A stretch of 36,385 nt of DNA from Selaginella moellendorffii (Eukaryota; Plantae; Lycopodiophyta), in assembly GCF_000143415.4 (NCBI RefSeq), contig NW_003314420.1:214560-250944 (forward strand), in the 5' to 3' direction. The notes beneath the pieces were generated by a model. That model saw only the letters and a list, made by a program, of their open reading frames with translations, had not been told where the DNA came from and did no database searches. How positions within the stretch are numbered: position 1 is the first letter of the stretch; each line of letters opens with the position of its first letter. Made by a program: the position numbers and the translations under genes. Below, one piece after another: positions 1 through 11,899 of the stretch.

Positions 1-2880
1 AGTCAGGCGCCTATTATAAGCATGCTGCAAAGATTATGAACAGATATTTGCATTAAAAAAGCATTGAAAGAAAAGAGGTACAAATAGAGAGGTATCAAAG
101 ATGGCATTGTATCATCTGCTTCAAGGTGACACTAAATTGCGCTAAATTTATGGAAAAGAGCCACAACTATGTCTTCTCAGTCATTCACTCTTTATTCGCT
201 CTTCAGCAAGAATGCAGACCATGGTCTAGCCTTGTATCTTTCATAAGCCGTTTCTTTCTTATTTTTAAAACTAATCTTACAGCAATTCTGATGGATTTTC
301 TAGCAGAACATCTTGGTCATATAGAGTTCCAGACAAGATCCTTCCTCTGAAGTGTCTCTTAGCCGCTGAAAGTTAAAATTCTAGGCTAACAGTCTACGTT
401 AAGGTTGGCAAGTAAAAGAGCATAAAAAAAATTCCAGGGAATGAGAGTCAGCTCCACCAAGGTAACACCTATAGGTCATTGGGAATTTTCCTTCCATGTT
501 TTTCTTCAAGGTATTCCAGTGGTGCTTTCTGTTATGTGTTCTCTATTCTCGACTGGTGGTCACAATGACAAACCGGCCACTGTAAACCCAGAATCTTCTG
601 CAAGGAAGGATGCCTGCAGCTCAAGAAGGTGCATTCTGTGTTGCAAAACTTGCCGAGTGTATTATTGCCACAAGACCTATAGAAACTGTTGGACCAATAA
701 CACTGCATTGCCATACTCAAAATTTAATTTAATTTTGAAATTTACACTCATCCAACTTAACATCTTTGTGAAGTGTGTGTTTGTCATTTTCTTCTTTAAT
801 CTCTCTTTTATAGATGGCCTTCATTGTCTTCAGTCTTTATTAGTTTATTTCCTTGTCATATTTGGTTATGCTAGATAATCAAATTTTTTCCAAATTCTGA
901 AGATGTAACAATAATAAGTATAAATAAGATAAGAAAGAGATGAATAGAGTAAAAAATTACTATTTCTTCAAGCTCTTAAGCTTGAAAAACCCCTCTACAG
1001 ATGCTTGTTCAAGTTCCTGGCAAGCAAAAGAAATGGTTATTTCAGCTCTGGACATAATAAAAAAGCCTTGTATCGTTTGTGGCTTTCAGTACAGAATCAG
1101 GAACTGAAAATAAAAAGTGCAAGGCATGAAACTGTTTTTTGTCAAGAGTATCAGGGACATTGAGCTTCTTAATATAAGAAAAATCCAGATGGCTCTGAGT
1201 GAATACACTGTCAAAAATGGATTTCTTTTTCAAATCAAAGATCTGTATGGCAGAAAGATGAATCAGCAGATATTGTTAATGTAAAAATAAAAAAAAGCAA
1301 TTGAGGATAAAAGGATCTAGATTTTACAATCGAAACTGGAACTCAGGTAGGACTATAAGAGCCTGATGAGTTTTCTATCACTATATGGAAAATTTCCAAG
1401 TACATTTCTTTCAAAGAGTTATAGAGGGTCCTGTGAAACAGGTGTCTTTTAGTTCATGTATTTAAATTAACTGCTTGATAGAGTACTCATGTATTCATGT
1501 GTGCAAATGAAGATCAAAAGCTTGAAAATGAACGTTGTCTATATAGAGTACACTATATATCTAAAACTTATCTCATACCAGATTATGTCTACTACAAAAC
1601 ACTGGTTTAGTTTGTCATCTTAACCTGTGCTAAGCATCACATTCTATAAGATTTTTTATTGCATTGAAAACTGTTTGCTAACCATTCAATTAAGTTTACT
1701 GGAACACTGCTTGATTCTTATTATAATGAGGCTTATAACATTAACTTTGGCCAATCTTGCTAAACAATAGAGTATGGCCGGTTTAGTAAAGGGTGATAAA
1801 ACGTGTGTGGTTGTAAAACTCAGTTCTCATGAGATTCTTACAACTTCTGATTTTCCACGATGGTATCATGTGGAGCATGGTCACAAGTTTGAGTTTCTTT
1901 GTATTGTTTTGCCAAGATGAAACTTAACCTTTGTTTCTTCAATTTCTTCAATTGTCGCTGCTGAGTAAGAGCTCACAATGAGCTTACTTTCTTACTAATC
2001 CTCTTTATTGATTCTTCAACTTTTCTCTTTCAGCTTGAGCTTCCAAACACATTCACTCTACCTAAAGTTCATTTTAAGAAGATGTAACATAAGGAACAGT
2101 TCTACCTCCTCCTTATTCTTCATGAGGGACAAGGTCATTACTCATTGAGTTTCAAGCTGATCAGTAAATCTTGGAACAACTCATTTTTCTTGTTTTTTCT
2201 TCCCTCAACAAGTCTGCTGTAGCCACCTGTTGATTTGATGAAATTAATATATGAGGAGACTAAAACCAACCTTTAGTTCTTCCAAAAGATTTTGATGTTT
2301 TTCTGTCATTACCATGAGCTGAGAAAATTCAGATGACTTTTGAACTGTTTAAAGCCTGCAATTTACTCTCTCAATGGTGCTCGTAAGACTTTGATTTTGG
2401 ATTCAAATATGGTGTTTCTTAGATGATTCTTGTTCTAATGTCTTAGAAAAGATTCTTTTCTCCTCTTCAAAACATTTGCAGACATCCAATTTAACAGCTA
2501 AACCTATTCTCAAGGTGTTGTTTCGCAGCACTGGTAGTGCTCGCAGCGTTTGTCAACCCTGTTGTTTGTTCACACATTCTTGCATTCAAATCCCTTGCTG
2601 GCTGTGCAATTTCTGAAGCTCAATTTCACAAGCCTGTGCCTACACTTCCACATTGGAGCCACTTAGCATGCATGAAAATAAGTTGAGTTAAACCTTGTCC
2701 AAACTATTCCTAACAGCAGCTTCAATCTCAGCAGAAGCTTCCTCTAACCATGTGTTCCTGTAGAAATCAACGAGTGGAATGATAAACAAAAGCAACAAAG
2801 AGAATACACCTGCTTCTAAAAGTCTTCATGTTTTGCCTTTGTGCGTCACAAATCTCCCACAGCTTGCTTGAGCTGTATAA
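1..2880 (-). pseudogene. Chain of unidentified, degraded exon/short-intron fragments (part coiled-coil-like), probably captured cargo
   Basis: The minus strand shows short GT..AG introns (e.g. 52 bp at 2809-2758). They separate exon-like pieces such as NTWLEEASAEIEAAVRNSLDK and VCKCFEEEKRIFSKTLEQESSKKH, which carry frequent stops. No family recognised. Confidence 0.4.
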
Positions 2881-2924
2881 ATAGGAACGACATCTGTCAT
2901 ATGTAATGTTAAAAACAACAACCT

Positions 2925-3111
2925 TCAAGTGATGTTCTTGTCAGGAATTGAAGGAGCAAAATCCTTGAGGATCAATGCATTAGTTTTGGCAGGGTTGGCA
3001 ACCACCAATTCTAAATTCCAAATGCTGATATGTTTTCTATTTATATGTTACCTTCATGTCCTTGGCAGCACACTTTTCAAGAGCAGAAGCTTGAGACTTA
3101 TAGATGGAGAT
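2925..3111 (-). pseudogene. MDH: Cytosolic NAD-malate dehydrogenase gene fragment (two partial exons plus intron)
   Basis: Translates ISIYKSQASALEKCAAKDMK | 41-bp GT-AG intron (3051-3011) | [27 protein letters not shown]. Plant cytosolic MDH reads [47 protein letters not shown](S/T)C. There is a frameshift at the acceptor, a stop in place of Cys, and no other MDH exons are visible. Confidence 0.9.
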
Positions 3112-3289
3112 AGGCTGATGAGAGCAGCGAACCTCATGGCAATGGTGAAATGCTGAACTACATAGGCGCTTCTAGAAAAATGCTTCAAAAAAACTAGTTT
3201 ACCCTAAAAAATAAAAACGTTCCACTCTCAACTGTTTTTTTCCCACATGTCTTCATCTCCACCATTAAGCTCAAAAAGAATCTCAATTG

Positions 3290-6200
3290 AATATGTCACC
3301 CTTACTCTTTTAAATATAGAAGGATGATATAAAAACTGATCAAACAACTGATCCAAGACAATATAATGCACCATGTTCAAATGAAGTTGCAGCTGTATTT
3401 ACAAATCCGTCTGGAGAACCTACTTTCAAAAGAAGTATTGCTATATATCCTAAAAATGATATTATACAAGAAATTTCTATAATTTTGTCATCTTGTGATC
3501 CAATGTTATATCCAATTATTTTTCCATATTATGAGGATGGATGGTCTTCTGATATTACATATGTTAACAAAGGACAAAGTATAAAACATAAAAAAAGTAA
3601 CAATGACAGAATTTTATAAATATAAATTTTTTATTCGAGGAATTCAAAGTAATGGATTGTGGGAAATTATATTTAATCCTGTACTTATGGCAGGAAAACT
3701 TACCCATCAATACATGGTTGACACTTATGTTAAATAGAAGGCACACGATTGAATTGGATAAGAAACCATCATAGAGAATTACGTGCCAAAGCGTATGGTG
3801 GTTTAGCAGATTATGTTACAAATCGAGCTGCAAATGCGCGCTGGAAAATTAATAATCTTACCTTCAACTTTTATTGGTAGTCCACGACAAATGAACCAAA
3901 ATTACCAAGATGCAATGAGTTTAGTGAGAAAGTATGGAAAAACCAAATTTATTTATTACACTTACATGTAATCCAAAATAGAAAGAAATAACTGACAAAT
4001 TATTGCCTGGACAACATACTTCTGATAGACCTGATTTACTTTCAAGAGTCTTCCAAGAAAAGAAAAAGGAATTTATGAATGATATATATGAGAAAGAAAT
4101 TTTTGGTAAAGTAAGTACATTTGTTTATGTAATTGAATTTCAAAAAAGAGGATTACCATATTGTCATATTTTAATAATACTTAACAAAGAAAACAAAATA
4201 AAAACTATGAATTATATAGACAATATTGTATGTGCAGAAATTCTTAATCTCAAGGATGATTCTGAATTGTATGAGTTGATGAAAAAACATATGATACATA
4301 GATCTTGTGGACCAGGATTTTCAAATAGCCCATGCTATAAGAATGGTATATGCAAGTCTAATTATCCAAAAGAATTTTCAGAAGAAACTAAAAGTATTGG
4401 TGGCTAATTTCCACAATATAGATGACTAAAGAATGGAAATTTTGTATATATTGGAGCAAAAAAGACTAAAAACCAATTTGTTGTACCATATAACAAATAT
4501 CTTCTTCACAAATATGCCACACATGTAAATGTTGAAATTTGTTCAACAGTAAAGAGTGTTAAATATATATTTAAGTATATCTATAAAGAACATGATTGTG
4601 CACTAATAAATCTTTATAGAAACAATGTTTCAAATAGTGAACGAATGCTTGATTGGGATGAAATCGCTGCATTCTGAAATTGTCATTATGTATCGGCATT
4701 AGAATCTTTGTAGAGAATTTTTGGTTATAATTTACATGGAAAGTCACATAGAATTAAAAGATTAGATGTACATCTTCCAAATTTACAAAATGTTTATTTT
4801 AATGAAGGTGAAGAAGAAATAGCCCTAGAGAAATGAAAACAGACCAAACTAACTGAATGATTTGAGTTAAAAACAACGAGATAAAGATGCTAGAAAATAT
4901 AATTACATAGAAATTCCAGAGAACTATGTTTAGAATATTTCCATAAAGAAGTGGATGAAAAGACAATTATTTACAAAAATCATTGGTAAAATGTATATAG
5001 TAACCCCTACAAAATAGTGAACGGTTTTACTTACATGTCTCATTACTATATAATAGAGGTGCACAGAGTTTTAATGAGCTAAAATACTTTAATGGAAATG
5101 TATATGATACATATAAATCTATTGTATGTGAAATGGGATTAGTACAAGATGATATAAAATGGGATAGATGTCTTGAAGAAGCTATAACATTTCAAATGCC
5201 ATTAAAAATCTATTACTTATGTGGTATAATGTGTTTGTTTTGTGAGCTTATAGAACCCAAAAAATTATGGAAAAAATATAAAAATACATAATCATGTATT
5301 AATGAAGTTTTCTGATATGTTCATAGAACATAATAAAAATTTAAAAGACTTTGAATTACCTATGCCAACATTAACTACACCAAATATAAATCAAAGTGAT
5401 TTTGATAGAATACCTGAACAAAAAATTATTAATAAACATATAAGCTTACTCAACAAAGAACAATATGAAATTTTTATAAGAATAAAAGAATCTCTAAATA
5501 ATGGTTCAGAATAAAAATTATTTTATATTGATGGAGTTGGTGGCATAGGAAAATAATTTTTATTTAATACAATTATAATGTATATGAAAAGCATTGGAGG
5601 CAATGATATGGACAGGAATAGCAAGTACACTTTTAACTGAAACAAGCACATCTGACTTACAAGGAAACTTCAAAGGAGCAGACCATATAAGAAAAGTATA
5701 CATAATCATATGGGATGAAATAAGTATGGTACCAATATATGCATTTGATGCAGTCAAAAAAGTTATACGTGATATAAGAAATTCAACAGAAAAATTTGGA
5801 GGAATTATAGTCGTTGTTGGTGGTGATTTTTGACAAACTCTTTCTATTATCAAAAGAGGAAGTAGAGATCATATTATTCAAAATTATGTAAAAATAAGCC
5901 AACTGTGGAGTCATTTTCATAAATATTCTCTAAATATAAACATGTGTGTAAATGAAGATGAGCAAGAATGGAGTAAATTTTGCACCATTACATAATCCTT
6001 TACATAATCCTTAAGTTGGTAATGGTGAAATTCCAAGAGTAAGCTGCAAAGTAAATGAAAATACAATTGAACTACCTTTAAGATGTACATCTAAGAAGAA
6101 TATGATTGAAATTGTGTTTGGAACAAACATATCAGCAAAATCTAATTTTTCACAAAGTGCAATACTTACATCACTTAATGAAGAATCTTTGCAAATAAAT

Positions 6201-6430
6201 GAACAAATTTTATCCCGAATGAGTGGTAAATTAGTAAGTTATAAAAGTATTGATACTGTTGAAAGTGAAAATGAGGATGATATCATAGATTTTCCTATTG
6301 AATATTTAAACTAAGTAACACCATCAGAAATGGCCCCTCATAATTTAAACGTTAAAATTGGATGTGTTGTTATGCTAATGCATAACATTGATATTAAAAA
6401 AGGATTATGTAATGGTGCAAAATTAATTAC
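3290..6430 (+). pseudogene. Helitron Rep (HUH/Y2 endonuclease) - PIF1-like SF1 helicase, many stops and frameshifts, truncated at both ends
   Basis: Rep motifs: DPRQYNAPCSNEVAAVF, CDPMLYPIIFP, LPSTFIGSPRQMNQNYQDAM, LFITLTCNPK*, DRPDLLSRVF, YVIEFQKRGLPYCHILI (HUH region, first His lost), VPYN..HVNVEIC..KYIFKYIYK. Helicase motifs: DGVGGIGK (Walker A), IIWDEISM (Walker B), FGGIIVVVGGDF*Q, and PHNLNVKIGCVVMLMHNIDIKKGLCNGAKL. The C-terminal helicase motifs were not found. Confidence 0.95.
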
Positions 6431-6805
6431 ACTGGTGGTATGAGAGAGAACACGGATGAGGACCCAAGCATTGGATCTTCCCTACCTCTACCTCCACCGA
6501 CATATGGGTCGGAAGCATGGCCTTCACTTTCATAGATCCATCAGACAGCAAGCAACTGCACAAAAGTAACAATGCACCACTCTGGCTACAGATTGGATTG
6601 TGTGAGTAGGGTTTATGTAACTGAAAGAAGAAAGTCAGTGTCAAGGAAAAGAGGGCATCCACCAGGTAGGCGGTATTTCTTGGTGTTGGGGCACAAGAGG
6701 TAGGCGGTGCTAGGAATTGCAAGAGCAAGAGGAGGGTTGTCATGGTCAGGAGCAAAGCAACACCAAGAAAGCTAGGGCAAAGATCAGGTGCAGCTTTCCT
6801 TTGAG
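6431..6805 (-). pseudogene. Unidentified GC-richer gene fragment inserted where the helicase breaks off
   Basis: Composition shifts abruptly at ~6430. There is a hydrophobic stretch (LLLTMTTLLLLLQFL) and intron-like GT..TTTCAG / TTTTGTGCAG segments on the minus strand. Family not recognised. Confidence 0.35.
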
Positions 6806-6900
6806 GTTAATAGGGTACGAATTGATCCATGAAATGTGCAGTGGGCAGCAATGGTGATGGGACGAACAGGGACTGCCTCAGACAAATAGATCCCTCAACC

Positions 6901-7877
6901 ATGGCAACGAGAGCACTGATTTCCGGATTAGATGATGATATTGTGTACCAGTGCCTTTTGCGAATGCCACTATCAGCCCACGGGCAGATGCATAAAGTGA
7001 GCAAAGCATGGAGGAATGTCATCTCTAGTGCCAAGTTCTACAACAATTGTTCTATACAAGGGTTGAATGAAGACATACTCGTGGTAATGGTGTATCTCAA
7101 TGATGGGAAAGAGGTCTTGATCATGGCATTCAATCCCAATAGTACCAAGAAAGAATGGATGATTATTCCACATTAGAACACGGGAGGATTTATGTGTCAA
7201 GCTCTCGGCAGCAAGCTCTATCTTATTGGTGGATAGGACTATATGACAACATTGAGCATCTTTGAACTACACATGAATCGATGGAGCTCCTTAGCATCAA
7301 TGCTATGTCCTCGAAAGTTGTGTGCATCTGCGATTATGGATGGCCAACTCTACGTAGTGGGTGGCATTTATGTGGGGATGCATCCGATAGCCGAGGTGTC
7401 CACTCCAGTGGATGATCGAAGGGATCCACTACCACCACCGATATTACCAGTGAGTCCTCACCTTGCGCTTGTCATCGATGACAACATGGTGATTATGAGA
7501 GCTGCTGGCAAATCATCACTTGTTTTATCGGCACAAGATCTTACCTGGAAAGAGATGTATATAATTGCATTGCGTGGGCCACACTGCTTCATACACTCCA
7601 ATCAAATCTACAGGCCCACTGTGTGTGGATTGTTGAGGCATGTTCCTGACAAAAACTCATGGATTATGACGTACTCTACTCATGGTCAAGCAGATAACTA
7701 CAACTTAATGTTCTGCTCAGCAAGCAGCCAGAAGAATATCTGGACTGTCTCTAGAGATTGCAAAGTTGTGTCAATGGTCCAAGACGATGGAACTGAAGCC
7801 AAAGTTATAGATGTTTACAATCTTGACGTGCCTTTTATTGGCAATCCAATGAACACCATAGTGCATATCTTCGAGGT
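6901..7877 (+). pseudogene. F-box/kelch-repeat protein pseudogene inside the Helitron
   Basis: F-box LISGLDDDIVYQCLLRMPLSAHGQMHKVSKAWRNVISSAKFY. Kelch blades SKLYLIGG..NRWSSLASMLCPR..SAIMDGQLYVVGG. ORFs 6829-7176 and 7243-7980 are the same frame, broken only by TAG at 7174-7176 and 7234-7236. No introns are visible. Confidence 0.9.
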
Positions 7878-9657
7878 TAATGAAATTACAGAATATGTAT
7901 TTAAAAATCATAATATAGAAAAGGCTCAACTTCTTATAATTAAGTATGTTTTGCCATACCTTCACATTCAAAACTTTTAACATAACCACCTATGAATATA
8001 ATATAAAGAAACAATATAAATGAAAAGCTGACAACTGAAATATACATGACACTTATATTTACCTTAAATTTTATAACTTCTTCTCCTTTTTATAGAGAAT
8101 ACACAAGTACTTTTATGGCAACCAAGAGCGAAGAGAAGCAGGCAAATGAATGGTAAGGTTTTACTCAATACTGGGGTAGAGCAGAAGCTCACCATTGATC
8201 CAAAATGATTATGTCATATGATTCATGCTGGTAAATTACATAAATCCATTATCTTAATATTAAAATTCTAATGGGGAGTTCAAGGGGCTCGGGGAGTATA
8301 AATCTCATGTTGGTAATCAAGCTCAGTGAAAATCCAGAAACCTAATATTCTGTGAAAGGAAGAAACTAAGGCTTTAGAAGGTCATATTTTTATATACACG
8401 CCCATGGTGGCAATGGTAGTGTTAATTATTTTGTATTCTGCTCTATATAACCTACTATATCTGGTATTATCTATATCATAGACTCATAGTTTTAGAAAAA
8501 AAATTTAGTTTATGTACTAAAATTCAAATTATATTATTAAGCTATATGTTTATTATAATAATTATATTACAGTATTGATAATTTTAGTGATAATATTATA
8601 ATATAATACTAAAATTGAACATTAGTGATATTATTATAATTTTAATATTTAAATTATTTATTAATTCATATATTTATATATAACAAAAATTATATTTATT
8701 AAATCTATTCTGTACATTAAATCTCTCACACTTGCTATTACATTCAGTTCCAATCTACAGTTATTCCTGATTAATAATCGCTTCCACCCTCTATTCCATG
8801 CCGCCATAATAATTCTATCGCAGAGGACCTGCGTGATCACACAATATTTTGTTAATGTCAAACAAAAAGTAATTACCTCTGACTGTCTTATCTGGCTCAC
8901 TTTGCGTCCTTGTATTCTACATGTCAAAAGAAAGATAGTAAGAAAATAGTGGCTCAAATCTTAAAAATCTCACTTTGATTGTAAATTTTAGGGTGTTCTT
9001 TTATGATGTGTACATGATGAGGTACACGATGCTCCCAGCATAAAATAAAATATAATTTTTATAACAAAATAATTATAAAATATTAAAATTTATTAAAATA
9101 AAATATAACACATAAAGGTAACATATTTCACTTAATATCATACAATTCCAAAACTTTCAGTCTAAAATCTAAACTCTATAACAATGTTTATATTTTTAAA
9201 ATTTATAAGATGTATATAGTTTAAGTGAGTTTTAAATAATTATTTTTAACATCATTATATTTTAGTGTACTTAAGTAACACTTATTTTATTAAGAGGAAA
9301 AATTGTAGAGCTGAATGAAACGTTTTTTTATCAAATATATAGATTTTAAATAAAAGAAAAAATTATTTACCAAACCTGAATCTCTAAATGACTCATCTGG
9401 CCATAAAATCCCATATTGAACAATTCCATTTATAGAAGATCCAAAACTTCACTCAACAAACAGAGTTTTAAATGTGATATAATGTTATTTATTATGTTAG
9501 GATGTGTATTGATGATAGAGACAATTGTAGAAGGGATTTTTAATATAAATATTATATTATATTTAACTATGTATGTTATCAATATGATTATGTTAAAAAT
9601 TACAATTACGATTACAACTCTTTGAAATTATTAAAACATCAGAAATAAATACGATCC

Positions 9658-9684
9658 TCCCAGCGTAGCTGGGACTTTTTCTAG
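9658..9684 (+). other. Helitron 3' terminus (subterminal hairpin + CTAG)
   Basis: TCCCAGC-GTA-GCTGGGA is a perfect 7-bp stem, followed by a 6-nt spacer, CTAG and then T. Confidence 0.88.
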
Positions 9685-9752
9685 TCAATCAATACTCTTT
9701 ATTTAAAGTTGCTATTTTGGCATCGGTGTCACATACTCCATTTTTAGAATAT
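9685..9752 (+). repeat. 'Head' repeat copy 1 (candidate Helitron 5' end); related copies at 18151-18203 and 19750-19815
   Basis: TCAATCAATACTCTTTTATTTAAAGTTGCTATT..GGCATCGGTGTC aligns with TACTCCTTTATTTAAAAGTGTTATTGGCATATGGCATCTGGTGTC (18151) and TACTCCTTTATTAAAAGTGCTATTGGCATATGGCATCTGG (19750). Each copy follows a CTAG. Confidence 0.6.
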
Positions 9753-10269
9753 CCATTTTTACTTATGGTGGATGCTCCCAATCGGACAGACTTAATCTGT
9801 GACGCTCCAAAAGAACAGTGAAGATCGTTACATGGTGGCAAAAACAGTGGCACCTCTTGAATTCTAGATTCATAGCTTTGGAAATTTTAGGTTTAAGGAG
9901 ACCAAATTTATCGAGCAAGATCATACAGTTCTTTACTACAGACCTTGGATATTGAAATATGAAGCCAGGTATGATGAATTTGTAACCACTTTTCTTCTTC
10001 TTTTGTACACTAATTCCATGTTGTTTGTTGTAGATTTTTTATCGTTATAGAATTGAAAGGCAGAGAGTTTATGGTTGCGGTATTCTTGCAGTGGTCTGGG
10101 TAGGATAAAATCCTAAAATTTTGTGTTGTATAGCTGTTTTACAGTTTTGGAGCCGAAGTGTTTGCTCGAAATTTTCCAGCGAGGAGCGCCCAATGCCATA
10201 CCATTTTGGGGGTTCTTCCTCCTCCAAGTTGTCCAGATAACCGGCTGAGTAAATCCCAGGCTGTTGACT

Positions 10270-11897
10270 GGGAATCCACAGCAGCGTGGCAGTCACTGCC
10301 TTCCTGACATTCTCGAGTTTTCTCAACAAGTGGTACCATGAGACGGTGCTCAAGCCGGGACAGCCTCCACTTCCACCGAGATCTTTGGCAACGTGGCTGC
10401 TTTTCTCAGAGGCTTCAAGTCTGGAAGACCGACTACATTGCAAAGTTGAGTGATCTTGTACTTTTTTTCGCTTGTTTAACTTGCGCTTTTTCTTGGTTTC
10501 AGGTGCAATCGAGTGGGTTTTACAAGGCGCGCGTTTCTGTTCTGGCAGCATGCAAATTTGTAAAGACAGCTTTGAGACAGGATGGGAGAGCACTGTTACG
10601 CTCATGGGACGAAATTTGTTTGCGGGGTTAACTGGAAAGAGCCACTTGAAGCTCCAAGCCCACTGTGAACAATCCCAAAGCTCTCAAGCAGTATGTGCCC
10701 CCTCATCGTCAACAACATAAAAGCGTGCCTTGCAAGGTGGTCTATGCAGGATAAGATCGTTCTTCTTACCGAGATGAGAAGGGTAAGCAGTCGTCTTAGT
10801 TTTCTTGTTGACACTGGTTTTTTCTGATATGACAGTTCGCGTTTCTAACTGTCCTCTACATTTTATATGGGAAAGACTCCAGTCTCGACATGGAAGAGAC
10901 TCTCCTTGTACTACATTGTCAACCAAGGCATTCAGGCTCTCCCCATCAACTTCCTCGGCACTGCGTACAACAAACCCATATGCGTTGTACATCATAGCTT
11001 TGTGACGTTTTCCCATTTTTCAGGCCGAGGCAAAAGCTCATCAAGCTTATCCAGGACGTGATCAACCAGCGCTTCTGGAAAGCCACAGAAACAAGCATTC
11101 TTTCGTTGCTCATGGATCAGCTGGATGACAAGAAAGAGGCGCTGGAAGACGCTCATATCATAGACATGCTCAACATCTACATGAACGCTGGTCACGACTC
11201 AACGGCTCATGTCATCATGTGGCTGGTGATTTCCTAAGGCAAAATCCTGATGTGTTTGAGAAAGTGAAGGTAAACCTTTGCAGTTTCATACAAACTTTCC
11301 TTCATACAATCTTTCTTCTTTAGGCCGAGCAAGACAACATTGCTAAAGTCATTTCAGAAGGGGAAATGCTCAACCTTTTATACATCAGAAGGGTGCCCTA
11401 CCTATCTAGTGTCAGTCCATTTTCCCCTGTTTTTATTCCTGAATTTATTTTTTATTTTTGCAGGTTGTCAATGAAACACTGCGACTTGCAAAAATGTCTC
11501 CAATGGTCTTTAGAAGAGCCTTGTTAGACCTCGAGTTCAATCGTGAGTCTGTTTCTTCTCTCAAGTGATTTTCAAGTGATGTTCAAGTGATTTGGAAGCG
11601 TGGCTAAGACAAGTACATGTGGATCCACCCTGACCCGGAAAAGTTCAATCCAGCTGGGCGGTACGAGATTCTCACCCATGCTCTGTAACTCTGGCTGGGG
11701 TTTTTCACTAGAAATATGGAGCATCTCCATTCACGTTCATACCCTTTGGGATGGGAAATCAAACTTACGAACTTGCCATCTTCATTGTCGTCCATTACTT
11801 CGTTATTACAGATGAAGATCTATTATTTGTGCCATTATTCCGTTATCTGGGGTTTGTAGGTGGACTGCCTTGGATCCAACAGCAAAGTTTCTTACTC
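10270..11897 (+). pseudogene. CYP88: Cytochrome P450, CYP88 (ent-kaurenoic acid oxidase-like, CYP85 clan) pseudogene, near full length
   Basis: Exons read FLNKWYHETVLKPGQPPLPP, IFGNVAAFLRGFKSG, FETGW.STVTLMGRNLFAGL, VNQGIQALPINFLGTAY, I-helix MLNIYMNAGHDSTAHVIMW, K-helix VVNETLR, PDPEKFNP, FIPFGMGNQTY and WTALDPTAK. The heme-ligand CPG segment is deleted and there are multiple frameshifts and stops. Confidence 0.88.
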
Positions 11898-11899
11898 AA

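Larger units (their letters stand above)
3290..9684 (+). mobile_element. Decayed Helitron (rolling-circle transposon) carrying captured genes; 5' end not located
   Basis: Rep/helicase remnant at 3290-6430 plus a canonical 3' terminus (hairpin 9658-9674, CTAG 9681-9684, then T). The 5' boundary is undefined and may include 1-3290 or lie outside the window. Confidence 0.85.

Noticed and set aside
1850-2880. Possible ZYP1/synaptonemal-type coiled-coil gene
   Set aside because: Only compositional similarity; no motif could be aligned.
8095-8160. RIHKYFYG resembling CLP1
   Set aside because: An eight-residue match only; the following sequence does not fit.
10069-11195. Minus-strand ORFs of 66-178 aa
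   Set aside because: Antisense shadows of the plus-strand CYP88 pseudogene region.
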